The notes beneath the pieces are model-generated. The model had not been told where the DNA came from, did not search any database, and saw nothing but the letters and a program-made list of their open reading frames with translations. DNA of 64,000 nucleotides from Bacillota bacterium (GTDB lineage Bacteria; Gemmatimonadota; Gemmatimonadetes; Gemmatimonadales; GWC2-71-9): NCBI GenBank assembly GCA_050257015.1, contig JBLMWC010000125.1, forward strand, positions 1,018-65,017. The letters run 5' to 3'. Below, piece by piece: positions 9,543-19,270 of the stretch. The position numbers and the translations under genes are program-made. The first letter of the stretch is position 1. The number at the start of each line of letters is the position of its first letter.

Positions 9543-10753
9543 GCGCATTCGGGCGGCTGGCCGCCGCCGCGCTCGCGGGAATCGCGCTGGCGGCCGCCCC
9601 CTCTCCCGCCCACGCCCAGGTATCGCTGCCCGGGCCGGACGGGTGGGCCATCACGCTCGCCGGCAACGTGAACGTCTTCACCGTCTTCACCAACGGGCGC
9701 GAGATCGTGCCGGGCCCCATCGACGGCGGACGCGTGCCGGCGGAGCTGATCACCCGCATTCGCACCGGGCTGCTGCCGTCGATCGTCGTGCTCGACGTCA
9801 AGACACACGAAGGGTCGGTGGACCTCGGCGCGCACTTCGGCGTCGGCGTGCAGGTGAGCAACGCGAGCGTGCACGACAACCTCGATAACGGCACCCAGGC
9901 CGGCGCCCGCATCGACATGCGGCAGGCCTACATGACGATCGGCGGCGTGTGGGGCCAGGTACTCGCGGGCCGGGAGCTGAGCCTCTATCAGCGCGAGAAC
10001 ATCCTCAACGACATGACGCTCTTCGGCACCGGCGCGACCGGCGGCGGTCTGGGCGCGCCGGGCACCACGCTCGGCCGGAGCGGCTTCGGCTACATCTACC
10101 CCAACTTCAACGGCCAGGTCACCTACGCCTCGCCCGCGTCGCACTCGTGGCAGCTCTCCGTCGGAATTTTCGACCCCGACCGGATCAACGGCGACTTCTC
10201 CGCCGAGGGCGCGGCACCGACGGCGATGCCGCGGGTCGAGACGGAGGCGACCTGGCATGGCACGCTGGGGCGCGCCCGAGTCCGCCTCTGGGCGAGCGCG
10301 ATGCGACAGAGCGCGGAGCAGCGCATCACGGCGCGCGGCGCGGCGGCGGGGCTTCGACTCGAGGCGGGGGCGCTCGCATTCGTCGCCTCGGGGTACGGGG
10401 CGAAGGGCGTCGGATCTACCTACGCGCTCAGCACCAACCTCGGCGTCGACGGCAGCGGGGCGGTTCGGACCACGTACGGCTACATGGCCCAGCTGACCGC
10501 CACCCGCGCCGACGCACCCTGGACCTTCGGGATGAGCTTCGGCGAGAGCCGGGTACGGCAGACCGCGTACGATCTCGCGCTCGACAACCAGGATCTGGTC
10601 CGGCGCAACACCGCGGTAATCGGCATGGCGATGTATCGCGCGACCCACTCGCTGCGCCTCGTCGGCGAGTATACCCGCGCCGAGGCACAGGCGTATTCGG
10701 GCGCCAGGAACCGCTCCGATCAGGTCTCCGCAGGACTCCTCCTCTTCTTCTGA
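9539..10753 (+). CDS. Outer-membrane porin-like beta-barrel protein
   Basis: ORF 9539..10753. Signal peptide ending AHAQ, alternating beta-strand pattern, and C-terminal LLLFF. GTGA overlap with the upstream gene. Confidence 0.6.
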   Translation: MSAFGRLAAAALAGIALAAAPSPAHAQVSLPGPDGWAITLAGNVNVFTVFTNGREIVPGPIDGGRVPAELITRIRTGLLPSIVVLDVKTHEGSVDLGAHFGVGVQVSNASVHDNLDNGTQAGARIDMRQAYMTIGGVWGQVLAGRELSLYQRENILNDMTLFGTGATGGGLGAPGTTLGRSGFGYIYPNFNGQVTYASPASHSWQLSVGIFDPDRINGDFSAEGAAPTAMPRVETEATWHGTLGRARVRLWASAMRQSAEQRITARGAAAGLRLEAGALAFVASGYGAKGVGSTYALSTNLGVDGSGAVRTTYGYMAQLTATRADAPWTFGMSFGESRVRQTAYDLALDNQDLVRRNTAVIGMAMYRATHSLRLVGEYTRAEAQAYSGARNRSDQVSAGLLLFF

Positions 10754-10794
10754 CACCCGCATTGCCGCGGGTACCGTCCCCTACCACCCCGGGC

Positions 10795-10800
10795 TATAAT
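10795..10800 (+). promoter_or_regulatory. Candidate -10 box (TATAAT) upstream of lipA
   Basis: A perfect TATAAT in a GC-rich spacer, 49 nt before the lipA start. No convincing -35 at 17 nt. Confidence 0.25.
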
Positions 10801-10848
10801 TGGGCTCCCAGCGCCCGACCTTTTCCTTATCGGCCAAGGAGTTCCGCT

Positions 10849-11823
10849 GTGGCTGTCCCGCTGGTCCAGCTGACCCGCGCCTCCGTCTCCGATCGCCCCG
10901 TCCCCGCGCCCGCCGCAGCGGTGCGGAAGCCGGCGTGGCTCAAGGTGAAGGCGCCCGGGGGACCGACGTTCGCCCATATCAAGCGGATGATGCGGGAGCT
11001 CGGCCTGCACACGGTGTGCGAAGAGGCGCGCTGCCCCAACATGGGCGAATGCTGGGACCACCGCGCCGCCACGTTCATGATCCTGGGCGACGTGTGCACC
11101 CGGAACTGCACCTACTGCGCGGTCGCCCACGGCACGCCGACGGCGTTCGACCCCCTCGAGCCGGTCCGCCTCGCGGAAGCGGTCGAGCGGATGGGCCTGC
11201 AGCACGTGGTGATCACGTCGGTCGACCGCGACGACCTGCCGAACGGCGGCGCCGAGGCATTCGCCGGGTGCATCACCGAGATCCGCCGGCGGCTCCCCGA
11301 CAGTACCGTCGAAGTGCTCATTCCGGACTTCAAGGGGTCGGTGGCCGCGCTTCGGATCGTGATGGACGCCCGGCCGCACATCCTCAATCACAATCTCGAG
11401 ACCGCCGAGCGGCTGTACCGGCTGGCGCGTCCAGGCGGCCGCTACGACCGCGCGCTGGAGCTGCTCGCGACCGCCCGCCGGCTGGGCGGTCCCGCCGCGC
11501 TCACCAAGAGCGGGCTCATTCTCGGCATGGGCGAGGAGTGGGACGAGATCCTCGTCTGCATGCGAGATCTCCGGCGGAGCGACGTCAACATCCTCACCCT
11601 CGGTCAGTATCTCCGGCCCAGCGACGGGCACCTCCCGGTGGTCCGGTACTACACCCCGGACGAATTCGCCGAGCTGCGCGACGCCGGCATGGCGATGGGC
11701 TTCTCGCACGTGCAGGCGAGTCCGCTCACGCGCTCGTCCTACCACGCATGGGAGCAGGCGCGCGCTGCGGCGCCCGCGCCCGACGGCGTGATTCCCCCAG
11801 TCACGACACACAGGATTTCCTGA
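10849..11823 (+). CDS. lipA: Lipoyl synthase
   Basis: Part of ORF 9949..11823, from GTG 10849 with AAGGAG about 8 nt upstream. Motifs: CEEARCPNMGECW, radical-SAM CTRNCTYC, and VITSVDRDDL. Confidence 0.9.
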   Translation: MAVPLVQLTRASVSDRPVPAPAAAVRKPAWLKVKAPGGPTFAHIKRMMRELGLHTVCEEARCPNMGECWDHRAATFMILGDVCTRNCTYCAVAHGTPTAFDPLEPVRLAEAVERMGLQHVVITSVDRDDLPNGGAEAFAGCITEIRRRLPDSTVEVLIPDFKGSVAALRIVMDARPHILNHNLETAERLYRLARPGGRYDRALELLATARRLGGPAALTKSGLILGMGEEWDEILVCMRDLRRSDVNILTLGQYLRPSDGHLPVVRYYTPDEFAELRDAGMAMGFSHVQASPLTRSSYHAWEQARAAAPAPDGVIPPVTTHRIS

Positions 11824-12839
11824 TGGCAGGCACGGCAACGAAACCCGGCAGGAAGACGGTCGATCCCGCCACCGCCGAGCTCTGGCGGCACTGGCTCCGG
11901 CAGATGCTGCTCATCCGCCGGTTCGAGGAGAAGGCGGGCGAGGCGTACAGCCTCGGCAAGATCGGCGGCTTCTGCCATCTCTATATCGGTCAGGAAGCCG
12001 TCGCGGTCGGCACGATCGCCTCGCTCCGGCCCGACGACTACATCACGGCCTCGTACCGTGAGCACGGCCAGGCGCTGGTGCGGGGGATCCCTCCGCGCGC
12101 CGTCATGGCCGAGCTCTTCGGCAAGGCCGAGGGCTGCTCGGGCGGAAAGGGCGGCTCGATGCATCTCTTCGACGCGTCCCGCGGCTTCCTGGGCGGGCAC
12201 GGCATCGTGGGCGGGCACATTCCGTTGACGACGGGCATGGCGTTCGCAATCAAGTACCGCGACACCGACCAGGTGGCGATCTGCTACTTCGGCGAGGCGG
12301 CGGTGAATAACGGCGCGTTCCACGAGGCGCTCAACATGGCGGCGCTCTGGAAGCTGCCGGCGATCTACATCTGCGAGAACAACCGCTACGGGATGGGCAC
12401 CGCCCTCGAGCGCGCCAGCGCGATCTACGACATCTCCGAGCGTGCGTGCTCGTACGACATGGCCAACGAGGTGGTGGACGGGCAGGACGTCCTCGCCGTC
12501 AAGGCGGCGATGGACCGCGCGGTGCAACGGGCACGGGAGGAGAAGCTCCCCACGCTGCTCGAGGTCCGGACCTACCGCTTCATGGGGCACTCGATGAGCG
12601 ACCCGATCCACGGCCACTACCGCACGAAGGAGGAGGTCGAGGAGCAGCGCAAGCGCGATCCGATCGCCGTGTGGTCACAGAAGCTCATCGGCGACGGCGT
12701 GATGACCGAGGACGACGTGAAGGCGATGGACAAGAGCGTGGTCGAGGAGGTGGAGGACGCGTACCACTTCGCCGAGGAAGCGCCGGATCCCGCCCCCGAA
12801 ATGCTCTACCGCGACGTCTACGCGCCGGAGGCGAGCTGA
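11823..12839 (+). CDS. pdhA: Pyruvate dehydrogenase E1 component, alpha subunit
   Basis: Part of ORF 10800..12839, from ATG 11823 (TGATG overlap with lipA). Motifs: FCHLYIGQEAV, YREHG, GGKGGSMH, and YRFMGHSMSD. Confidence 0.9.
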   Translation: MAGTATKPGRKTVDPATAELWRHWLRQMLLIRRFEEKAGEAYSLGKIGGFCHLYIGQEAVAVGTIASLRPDDYITASYREHGQALVRGIPPRAVMAELFGKAEGCSGGKGGSMHLFDASRGFLGGHGIVGGHIPLTTGMAFAIKYRDTDQVAICYFGEAAVNNGAFHEALNMAALWKLPAIYICENNRYGMGTALERASAIYDISERACSYDMANEVVDGQDVLAVKAAMDRAVQRAREEKLPTLLEVRTYRFMGHSMSDPIHGHYRTKEEVEEQRKRDPIAVWSQKLIGDGVMTEDDVKAMDKSVVEEVEDAYHFAEEAPDPAPEMLYRDVYAPEAS

Positions 12840-13819
12840 TGCCGACCCTGACCTACCGCGACGCGCTGAACCAGGCGCTCCGCGAAGAGATGCACCGCGA
12901 TGAGAGCGTCTTCCTCATGGGCGAGGAAGTCGGCGTCTACCAGGGCGCCTACAAGGTCAGCCGCGGCCTGCTGGAGGAATTCGGCGCGCGCCGCGTCGTG
13001 GACACCCCGATCACCGAGCTCGGCTTCGCCGGCGTCGGCGTCGGAGCCGCCATGGTCGGCCTCCGGCCCGTCATCGAGATGATGACCTTCAACTTCGCCC
13101 TGCTGGCGGTGGACCAGATCGTCAACTCCGCCGCCAAGATGCGCTACATGTCCAACGGGCAGGTCGGCGTGCCGATGGTGGTCCGCGGCCCGGGCGGCGC
13201 GGCACTGCAGCTCGGGGCGCAGCATTCACAGGCCTTCGAGAGCTGGTACGCGCACATCCCCGGCCTCAAGGTCGCCATGCCCGCCACGCCGGCCGACGCG
13301 AAGGGACTTCTCAAGAGCGCCATCCGGGACGACAACCCGGTGATCTTCATCGAGGGCGAGATGCTGTACAACACCAAGGGGGAGGTCCCCGAGGGAGAGT
13401 ACACGATCCCGCTCGGCGTGGCCGACATCAAGCGCGCGGGCACCGACGTCACCCTCATTTGTCATTCGAAGACGGTGGCGGTGGCGCTCAAGGCCGCCGA
13501 CCAGCTCGCGGCTGACGGGATCAACGCCGAAGTCGTCGACCTCCGGACGATCCGGCCGCTCGACACCGAGACGGTCCTCACCTCGGTGGCGCGGACACAC
13601 CGGTGCGTCGTGGTGGAGGAAGGCTGGGGCTTCGCCGGCGTCGGCGCACAGGTGGTGGATACGATCCAGCGCGAGATCTTCGACGAGCTCGACGCCCCCG
13701 TTCTCCGCGTGACCGGTGCCGAGGTGCCGATGCCCTACAACAAGCAGCTCGAGAAGCTCGCCAAGGCCGACCCGGCCAAGGTGATCGCAGCCGTGAAGAA
13801 GGTGCTCTATGTCGACTAA
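12839..13819 (+). CDS. pdhB: Pyruvate dehydrogenase E1 component, beta subunit
   Basis: Part of ORF 12446..13819, from ATG 12839 (TGATG overlap). Sequence: MPTLTYRDALNQALREEM...VVDTPITELGFAGVGVGAAMVGLRPV. Confidence 0.9.
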   Translation: MPTLTYRDALNQALREEMHRDESVFLMGEEVGVYQGAYKVSRGLLEEFGARRVVDTPITELGFAGVGVGAAMVGLRPVIEMMTFNFALLAVDQIVNSAAKMRYMSNGQVGVPMVVRGPGGAALQLGAQHSQAFESWYAHIPGLKVAMPATPADAKGLLKSAIRDDNPVIFIEGEMLYNTKGEVPEGEYTIPLGVADIKRAGTDVTLICHSKTVAVALKAADQLAADGINAEVVDLRTIRPLDTETVLTSVARTHRCVVVEEGWGFAGVGAQVVDTIQREIFDELDAPVLRVTGAEVPMPYNKQLEKLAKADPAKVIAAVKKVLYVD

Positions 13820-15122
13820 GGTCGTGATGGAGGCGCTCTCGCCGACGATGGAAGAGGGGCGCGTCGTCGAGTGGAAGAAGCAGGAGGGCGAGGCGGTCGC
13901 CGTCGGCGACGTGCTGGCAGAGGTGGAGACCGACAAGGCAGTCATGGAGCTGGTGGCCCGTGCGGCGGGAACGATGCTCAAGCACGTCGTGCCCGCGGGT
14001 GCGACGGTCCCGGTGTCGGAGCTCGTCGCCGTGATCGGCGAGCCGGGAGAGGCGGTGGAGGCACCGTCGGGCCCCAACGGCGGGAAGCCCGCCGCGAAGG
14101 AAGCCCCGAAGGCGGAAGCTCCGAAGGCGGCGGCGCCGACGCCGGAGGTGAAGCCCGAAGCGGCAGCCCAGGCCACGCAGCCGACTGCCGACCAGGACAA
14201 CCGGCCGACGTCGATGCCGCCGGCGCCGCCGGCCGCGGCCGCCGCGGAGTCGGCACGGGTGAAGGCCTCGCCGCTCGCACGGAAGATCGCGGCGGACCGC
14301 GGGCTCAGTCTCCAGGGCGTCGCCGGCTCGGGCCCCCAGGGGCGCATCGTTCAGCGCGATCTCGCCGGGATCTCGGCCGCGGCCGCCGCGTCTGCACCTG
14401 CGGCGCCGCAGGTGCCGGTCTTTCATCCGGTGCCCGCGGGCCAGCCGTTCGCCGACGTGCCGCTCACGCAGATCCGCAAGACGATCGCGAAGCGGCTCGG
14501 ACAGTCGCTCGGCCCGGTGCCCACCTTCTATCTGACGATCGAAGCCGACATGGAGCGCGTCGCCGAGGCCCGCGAGGCCCTCAACGCGCTGGGCGAGGGG
14601 AAGGTCTCGTTCAACGACATCACGATCAAGGCGGTGGCGCTCGCGCTGCGGCAGCATCCGGCCTGCAACGCCTGGTGGCAGGACGACCACATCCGGTACT
14701 GGAACGAGGTCCACGTCAGCATGGCGGTGGCAATCGAGGACGGCCTCATCACGCCGGTGATCCGCCACGCCGACCAGAAGTCGCTTCGGCAGATCGCGGT
14801 CGAGACGAAGGACCTCGCGGCGCGTGCCCGCACCCGGAAGCTCACGCCGGAGGAATACACCGGCGGGACGTTCTCGATCTCGAATCTCGGCATGCTCGAC
14901 ATCGAGGAGTTCACCGCCATCATCAATCCGCCGGAGGCGGGAATCATCGCGATCGGACGCATCGCCGAGAAGCCGGTGGTCCACGAAGGCGCCGTCGTGC
15001 CGCGGAAGCGGATGCGACTGACGATGTCGTGCGACCACCGGGTGATCGACGGCGCCACCGGCGCGCAATTCCTGCGGACGCTCAAGGGAATGCTGGAGAA
15101 CCCGCTGGCCCTGGTCTGGTGA
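13809..15122 (+). CDS. pdhC: Dihydrolipoamide acetyltransferase (E2) of the pyruvate dehydrogenase complex
   Basis: ORF 13809..15122. Lipoyl domain LSPTMEEG...VETDKAVMEL, Ala/Pro linker, E3-binding ASPLARKIAADRG, and catalytic SCDHRVIDGA. Confidence 0.9.
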   Translation: MSTKVVMEALSPTMEEGRVVEWKKQEGEAVAVGDVLAEVETDKAVMELVARAAGTMLKHVVPAGATVPVSELVAVIGEPGEAVEAPSGPNGGKPAAKEAPKAEAPKAAAPTPEVKPEAAAQATQPTADQDNRPTSMPPAPPAAAAAESARVKASPLARKIAADRGLSLQGVAGSGPQGRIVQRDLAGISAAAAASAPAAPQVPVFHPVPAGQPFADVPLTQIRKTIAKRLGQSLGPVPTFYLTIEADMERVAEAREALNALGEGKVSFNDITIKAVALALRQHPACNAWWQDDHIRYWNEVHVSMAVAIEDGLITPVIRHADQKSLRQIAVETKDLAARARTRKLTPEEYTGGTFSISNLGMLDIEEFTAIINPPEAGIIAIGRIAEKPVVHEGAVVPRKRMRLTMSCDHRVIDGATGAQFLRTLKGMLENPLALVW

Positions 15123-15173
15123 CGACGCGGCGGCCGGGCGGCCGCCGCTGCCAACACTTCTCGTGAGGTACTC

Positions 15174-16571
15174 GTGGCGAATTCGTTCGACGTGATCGTG
15201 ATCGGTGGCGGACCCGCGGGCTACGTCTGCGCGATCCGGGCGGCTCAGCTCGGACTCGCCACGGCCGTGGTCGAGCGCGACAAGCTCGGCGGCGTCTGCG
15301 TGAACATCGGCTGCATCCCGACCAAGGCCCTGCTCCACAGCGCCTACGTGGCCAATCTGCTGGCCCACGACGCGAAGGAGCTGGGGATCGAGACCGGCCC
15401 GGTGAAGACCGATTACGGCGTCGCGATGAAGCGCTCGCGCAAGGTCGCGGACCAGAACTCGAAGGGCGCCGAGTTCCTGATGAAGAAGAACAAGATCACC
15501 GTCATCAAGGGCACCGGCGTGCTCCAGCCGGGCCGCAAGGTGAAGGTCGGCAATGACGTCTACGAGGCGAAGAAGGCGGTCGTCATCGCGACCGGATCGC
15601 GGGTCCGCGGGATTCCGCAGATCGGGCTCGAGATCAACAAGACGAGCGTGATCAGCTCCGACGAGGCGCTCTTCCTGGAGAACGCGCCGGCGTCGATCGC
15701 CATCGTGGGTGCCGGCGCCGTGGGCTGCGAGTTCGCCGACATCTTCAACGCGTTCGGCAGCAAGGTCACCCTGATCGAGGCCCTGCCCCGGATCCTGCCG
15801 CTCGAGGACGCCGAGAGCTCGGACGTCATCGCGAAGAGCTTCCGGAAGCGTGGCATGACGGTACTCGCCGGGGCCAACGTGAAGAAGGCCACCGTCACGC
15901 CGACGAAGGTGACGCTCGAGATCGAGGCGGGCGGCAAGACCGAGACGGTCGAGGCCGAGCGGGTCCTGATGGCGGCCGGCCGCTCGGTGAACACCGAGAA
16001 CATGGGGTTCAAGGAATCCGGCGTCGAGCTCACCGAGCGCGGTTTCGTCAAGGTGAACCCCGCCACCCTCGAGACGACCGCAAAGGGAGTGTACTGCATC
16101 GGGGATGTCGCCGGGCCGCCGATGCTGGCGCACAAGGGGAGCCGCGAGGGCGTCCACGTCGCCGAGATCATCGCCGGGCACCAGCCGCAGCCGATCAAGT
16201 ACGACAACGTGCCGAGCGTGACGTACTGCCACCCGGAGGTGGCGAGCATCGGGCTCACCGAGGATCAGTGCAAGGAAAAGAAGCTCGACTACCAGGTCGG
16301 ACGCTTCCCCTTCAGCGCGAACGGCCGGGCCCGTGCCTCGAACGAGACCGAGGGATTCGTGAAGGTCATTCGCGGCAAGCAGTATGGCGAGATTCTCGGC
16401 GCGCACATCGTGGCCAGCCATGCGTCGGAGATGATCCACGAGCTCGACGTGGCCCGCGAGAACGAGTTCACGGTGGAGGAGGTGGATCTGGCGATCCACG
16501 CCCACCCCACGCTCTCCGAGGCGATCGCGGAGGCCTGCCTCGACTCGATGGGCCGGGTCATCCACATCTAG
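15174..16571 (+). CDS. lpd: Dihydrolipoyl dehydrogenase (E3)
   Basis: ORF 15174..16571. Motifs: VIVIGGGPAGY, redox-active GGVCVNIGCIPTK, and C-terminal HAHPTLSE. Confidence 0.9.
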   Translation: MANSFDVIVIGGGPAGYVCAIRAAQLGLATAVVERDKLGGVCVNIGCIPTKALLHSAYVANLLAHDAKELGIETGPVKTDYGVAMKRSRKVADQNSKGAEFLMKKNKITVIKGTGVLQPGRKVKVGNDVYEAKKAVVIATGSRVRGIPQIGLEINKTSVISSDEALFLENAPASIAIVGAGAVGCEFADIFNAFGSKVTLIEALPRILPLEDAESSDVIAKSFRKRGMTVLAGANVKKATVTPTKVTLEIEAGGKTETVEAERVLMAAGRSVNTENMGFKESGVELTERGFVKVNPATLETTAKGVYCIGDVAGPPMLAHKGSREGVHVAEIIAGHQPQPIKYDNVPSVTYCHPEVASIGLTEDQCKEKKLDYQVGRFPFSANGRARASNETEGFVKVIRGKQYGEILGAHIVASHASEMIHELDVARENEFTVEEVDLAIHAHPTLSEAIAEACLDSMGRVIHI

Positions 16572-17015
16572 GTGACGACTTCCCCGGAGCCCGACGCGCC
16601 GGGACTTCCCGACCCGCTCGGGCTCATCGCCGCCGCCGTGCCGCTCGGGGTCCTCGCCGGCACGCTGATCGTCACCGGCACCGTCTTCCTCGTCACGCTC
16701 CTCCGCGAGCGCTCCCCCGCCGCCGCGGCGAGCGAACCCTCCGCTCCCGCGCTCTACGTCCTCCTCGCCGGCACCTTCCTCGGAGTGCTGGTGGCCGCCG
16801 GGACGACCTGGGTGGCCCTCTCTCCCGTCCGGAACGTCTACCGGCGGGTCATGTTCGGCACGGTCAGCGCCTTCGCGACCGTCGTAGTCATGCTGGTCAC
16901 CACCCCGGTGCACGCCTTCCTGGGCCGTGCCGGTCTCGCGGGGCTGGGCGCCCTCTGTCTCGCCGGTCTCGTCTTCCTCGGCCGCCGCGTAGCCCGGCTT
17001 CGCGCCGCCCGGTAG
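16572..17015 (+). CDS. Hypothetical integral membrane protein (about 4 TM)
   Basis: ORF 16572..17015. Its GTG start immediately follows the lpd stop. Four hydrophobic segments. Confidence 0.45.
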   Translation: MTTSPEPDAPGLPDPLGLIAAAVPLGVLAGTLIVTGTVFLVTLLRERSPAAAASEPSAPALYVLLAGTFLGVLVAAGTTWVALSPVRNVYRRVMFGTVSAFATVVVMLVTTPVHAFLGRAGLAGLGALCLAGLVFLGRRVARLRAAR

Positions 17016-17076
17016 GCGGCGGGGAATCACCCGCCGACCCGTTGCCTTTGGAGTCGAGTTCCGCCATCCTCCGTAC

Positions 17077-17631
17077 ATGGCGGATGCAATGCACAAACCG
17101 GGTCTCGAGGCGCAGGCCGATCAGCGGATCACGGAGATCCTGCGCGCCGCCACCAGCTGGTCCAGCGAAGCTCCCGGCGCGCTCGAACCGGCGATCCGTG
17201 CCGTCTGCATCCGGCTGGCCGAAATGGTCGCCGACCAGCGGCATTATCTCGCGCCGCTCCCCGAGCCGCAGGAGTCGGAGCGGAGCACGGTGCTCGCACT
17301 GATCGCCGACAAGCTGCGGTCGCCGACGGTCACGCAGGGGCTCAAGGAGCACCTCAAGGCGCTCGAGGAGCTCGAGCTCAGGTCCACCGGGTCCTGGGCG
17401 ACGGTGGCGACCGCCCAGACCGAGTGGATCACGACCGCGATTACCTACCTCGAGAGCTGCATCAGGAAATTGCCGCCCGGCGAGCGTCCCGACCCGTACT
17501 GGGCCGACGACGTGGTGGCGGGAGTGATCGCCTCGGCCCGCGCGCTCATCGGAATCGACGAGCTGCACGCGCGAACCGAGGCACGCTACTCCGGCGGGGT
17601 GCCGAGACCGCCACTCCCGCCGGAAGACTAA
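17077..17631 (+). CDS. Hypothetical protein
   Basis: ORF 17077..17631 has balanced composition. The overlapping minus-strand 565-aa ORF is an Arg/Gly-rich shadow. Confidence 0.45.
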   Translation: MADAMHKPGLEAQADQRITEILRAATSWSSEAPGALEPAIRAVCIRLAEMVADQRHYLAPLPEPQESERSTVLALIADKLRSPTVTQGLKEHLKALEELELRSTGSWATVATAQTEWITTAITYLESCIRKLPPGERPDPYWADDVVAGVIASARALIGIDELHARTEARYSGGVPRPPLPPED

Positions 17632-19049
17632 ATCGCGACGGCTGCGCCCTCCGCCGGCTCCGCTTCCTCCGTTTCGACCTCCGCCGGCTCCTGCTCGCCG
17701 AGCAGCTCGAAGAACCGCCCGAAGATCCGGATCCCGTTCCACAACTGCGTGAGGTCGAGCTTCTCGTTCGGCGAGTGGAGCCCGTCGTCCGGCAGTCCGA
17801 TGCCGGTGAGGATCACCGGTGCCCCGGCGAGGCCGAGCTCGGGAACGATGGGAATCGACCCGCCCGCCCGCGCGTGCACCGCCTTCCGTCCGACCACCTC
17901 CTCGAAAGCCTGATCGAGCACATCGAACGCCGGCGCCTCCACGTCTACCTGGACCGGATCGCCGCCGTGGTGAATCCTCACGTCCACGTCGGCCCACTTC
18001 GGGGCGTATCGCTCGACCGACTTCCGCAGCTGCTTCGCCACCTTCTCGAAGCTCTGCCCCGGCACCAGCCGGAGACTGACCTTCGCCGAAGCCTGGGCCG
18101 GAATCACCGTCTTGGCGCCTTCGCCCACGAAGCCGCCCTTGATCCCGTGGATCTCGAAGGTGGGAAGCGCCCAGATCCGCTCGAGCACCGAGTGATCCTC
18201 CAACCCGGTGAGCGCCTTGCCGGTGACCTCCTCGGTCAGGAACTTCTCCTCGTCGAACGGGAGCTGCTTCCACGACTTCAGCTCGGCCTTGCTGGGCTCC
18301 TCGACCGACTTGTAGAGCTTCTTGACGTGGATCTTGCCGTCCTCGTCCTTCAGGTCGGCCAGCAGGCGCACCAGGGTCTCCAGCGCGTTGGGGGCTGCGC
18401 CGCCATAGGTGCCGGAGTGCAGGTCCCGCTGCAGCGTCCGCACCGAGATCTCCGCGTAGCAGAGGCCGCGGAGCGCGGTGTAGACGGCGGGCCAGCCAGG
18501 CGCGAAGTACGACATGTCGCAGACCAGCGCGGCGTCCGCCCGCGTGCGTTCGGGCTCGGCCCGCAGCAGATCGAAGATCACTCGCCCGCCGCACTCCTCC
18601 TCGCCCTCGAAGATGAAATGCACGTTGAGCGGCGGCTTCCCGTCGGGGCCGCGAACGGCCTCGTATGCCTTGAGCAGGCAGTACACCTGCCCCTTGTCGT
18701 CGGCTGCGCCGCGCGCGTAGAGCTTCCCGTCACGCACCGTCGGCTCGAACGGAGGGGTGGACCACTCGTTCAGCGGATCGGGTGGCTGGACGTCGTAGTG
18801 GCCGTAGATGAGGACCGTCGGTTTCCCCGGCACCTGCGGCCCCTCCGCCCAGACGACCGGGTGCCCCTGCCCTTCCACCAGGGTCACGACCGGGCAGCCC
18901 AGGCGCCTCAGCTCCTGCATCAGCCAGTCGGCGGCGCGCCGGCAGTCGGCGGCATGATCCGGCAGGGCGCTGACGCTCGGAATCGAAAGGAACTCGGTCA
19001 GCTCCCTCAGCATCCGGTCCTGCTCGCGACTCACGAAGGCGGTATCCAT
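17628..19049 (-). CDS. M20-family dipeptidase/peptidase (ArgE/DapE/ACY1/CPG2 family)
   Basis: Part of ORF 17628..19325, from ATG 19049 (AGGAGA about 8 nt upstream). Motifs: LIYGHYDVQPP, ARGAADDKGQ, and FEGEEECGG. Confidence 0.8.
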   Translation of the reverse strand: MDTAFVSREQDRMLRELTEFLSIPSVSALPDHAADCRRAADWLMQELRRLGCPVVTLVEGQGHPVVWAEGPQVPGKPTVLIYGHYDVQPPDPLNEWSTPPFEPTVRDGKLYARGAADDKGQVYCLLKAYEAVRGPDGKPPLNVHFIFEGEEECGGRVIFDLLRAEPERTRADAALVCDMSYFAPGWPAVYTALRGLCYAEISVRTLQRDLHSGTYGGAAPNALETLVRLLADLKDEDGKIHVKKLYKSVEEPSKAELKSWKQLPFDEEKFLTEEVTGKALTGLEDHSVLERIWALPTFEIHGIKGGFVGEGAKTVIPAQASAKVSLRLVPGQSFEKVAKQLRKSVERYAPKWADVDVRIHHGGDPVQVDVEAPAFDVLDQAFEEVVGRKAVHARAGGSIPIVPELGLAGAPVILTGIGLPDDGLHSPNEKLDLTQLWNGIRIFGRFFELLGEQEPAEVETEEAEPAEGAAVAI

Positions 19050-19270
19050 GGTGGGGCTCTCCTGGGGGTCCGGGAATTCATCTCCCGGTAAGGTATATCG
19101 GTCCCGGAGAGGGCGCGCCGGGTGCCGCCCGGGGCCGCCAACGTGAGATACCTCACAGTCAGATGCGGTACGCGCCGCTAGCATGCCGGACGCGCTTTTG
19201 CGCCCGGGTAACTCGAGATCAACCAGAGCCACGGCCATCGAGGCGAGGCTCGAGCAGGGAGAATGTACAG

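Noticed and set aside
13578-17096. A 1172-aa stop-free ORF on the minus strand. Similar giants occur at 36346..39183 (+, 945 aa), 24442..26517 (-, 691 aa), 17424..19091 (+), 21238..22833 (+), 27408..29042 (-) and 9473..10762 (-).
   Set aside because: All of them lie antisense to genes with unmistakable homology motifs (PDH E2/E3, CHASE kinase, dnaE, M20 peptidase, PSP1/metG, porin). Their translations are Arg/Gly/Ala/Pro-rich low-complexity sequence, which is typical of shadow ORFs in high-GC3 genomes.
17628-17631. Convergent genes whose stop codons interlock (CTAA).
   Set aside because: This is a harmless consequence of compact gene packing. I mentioned it under the orphan-gene finding but it is not a feature in itself.
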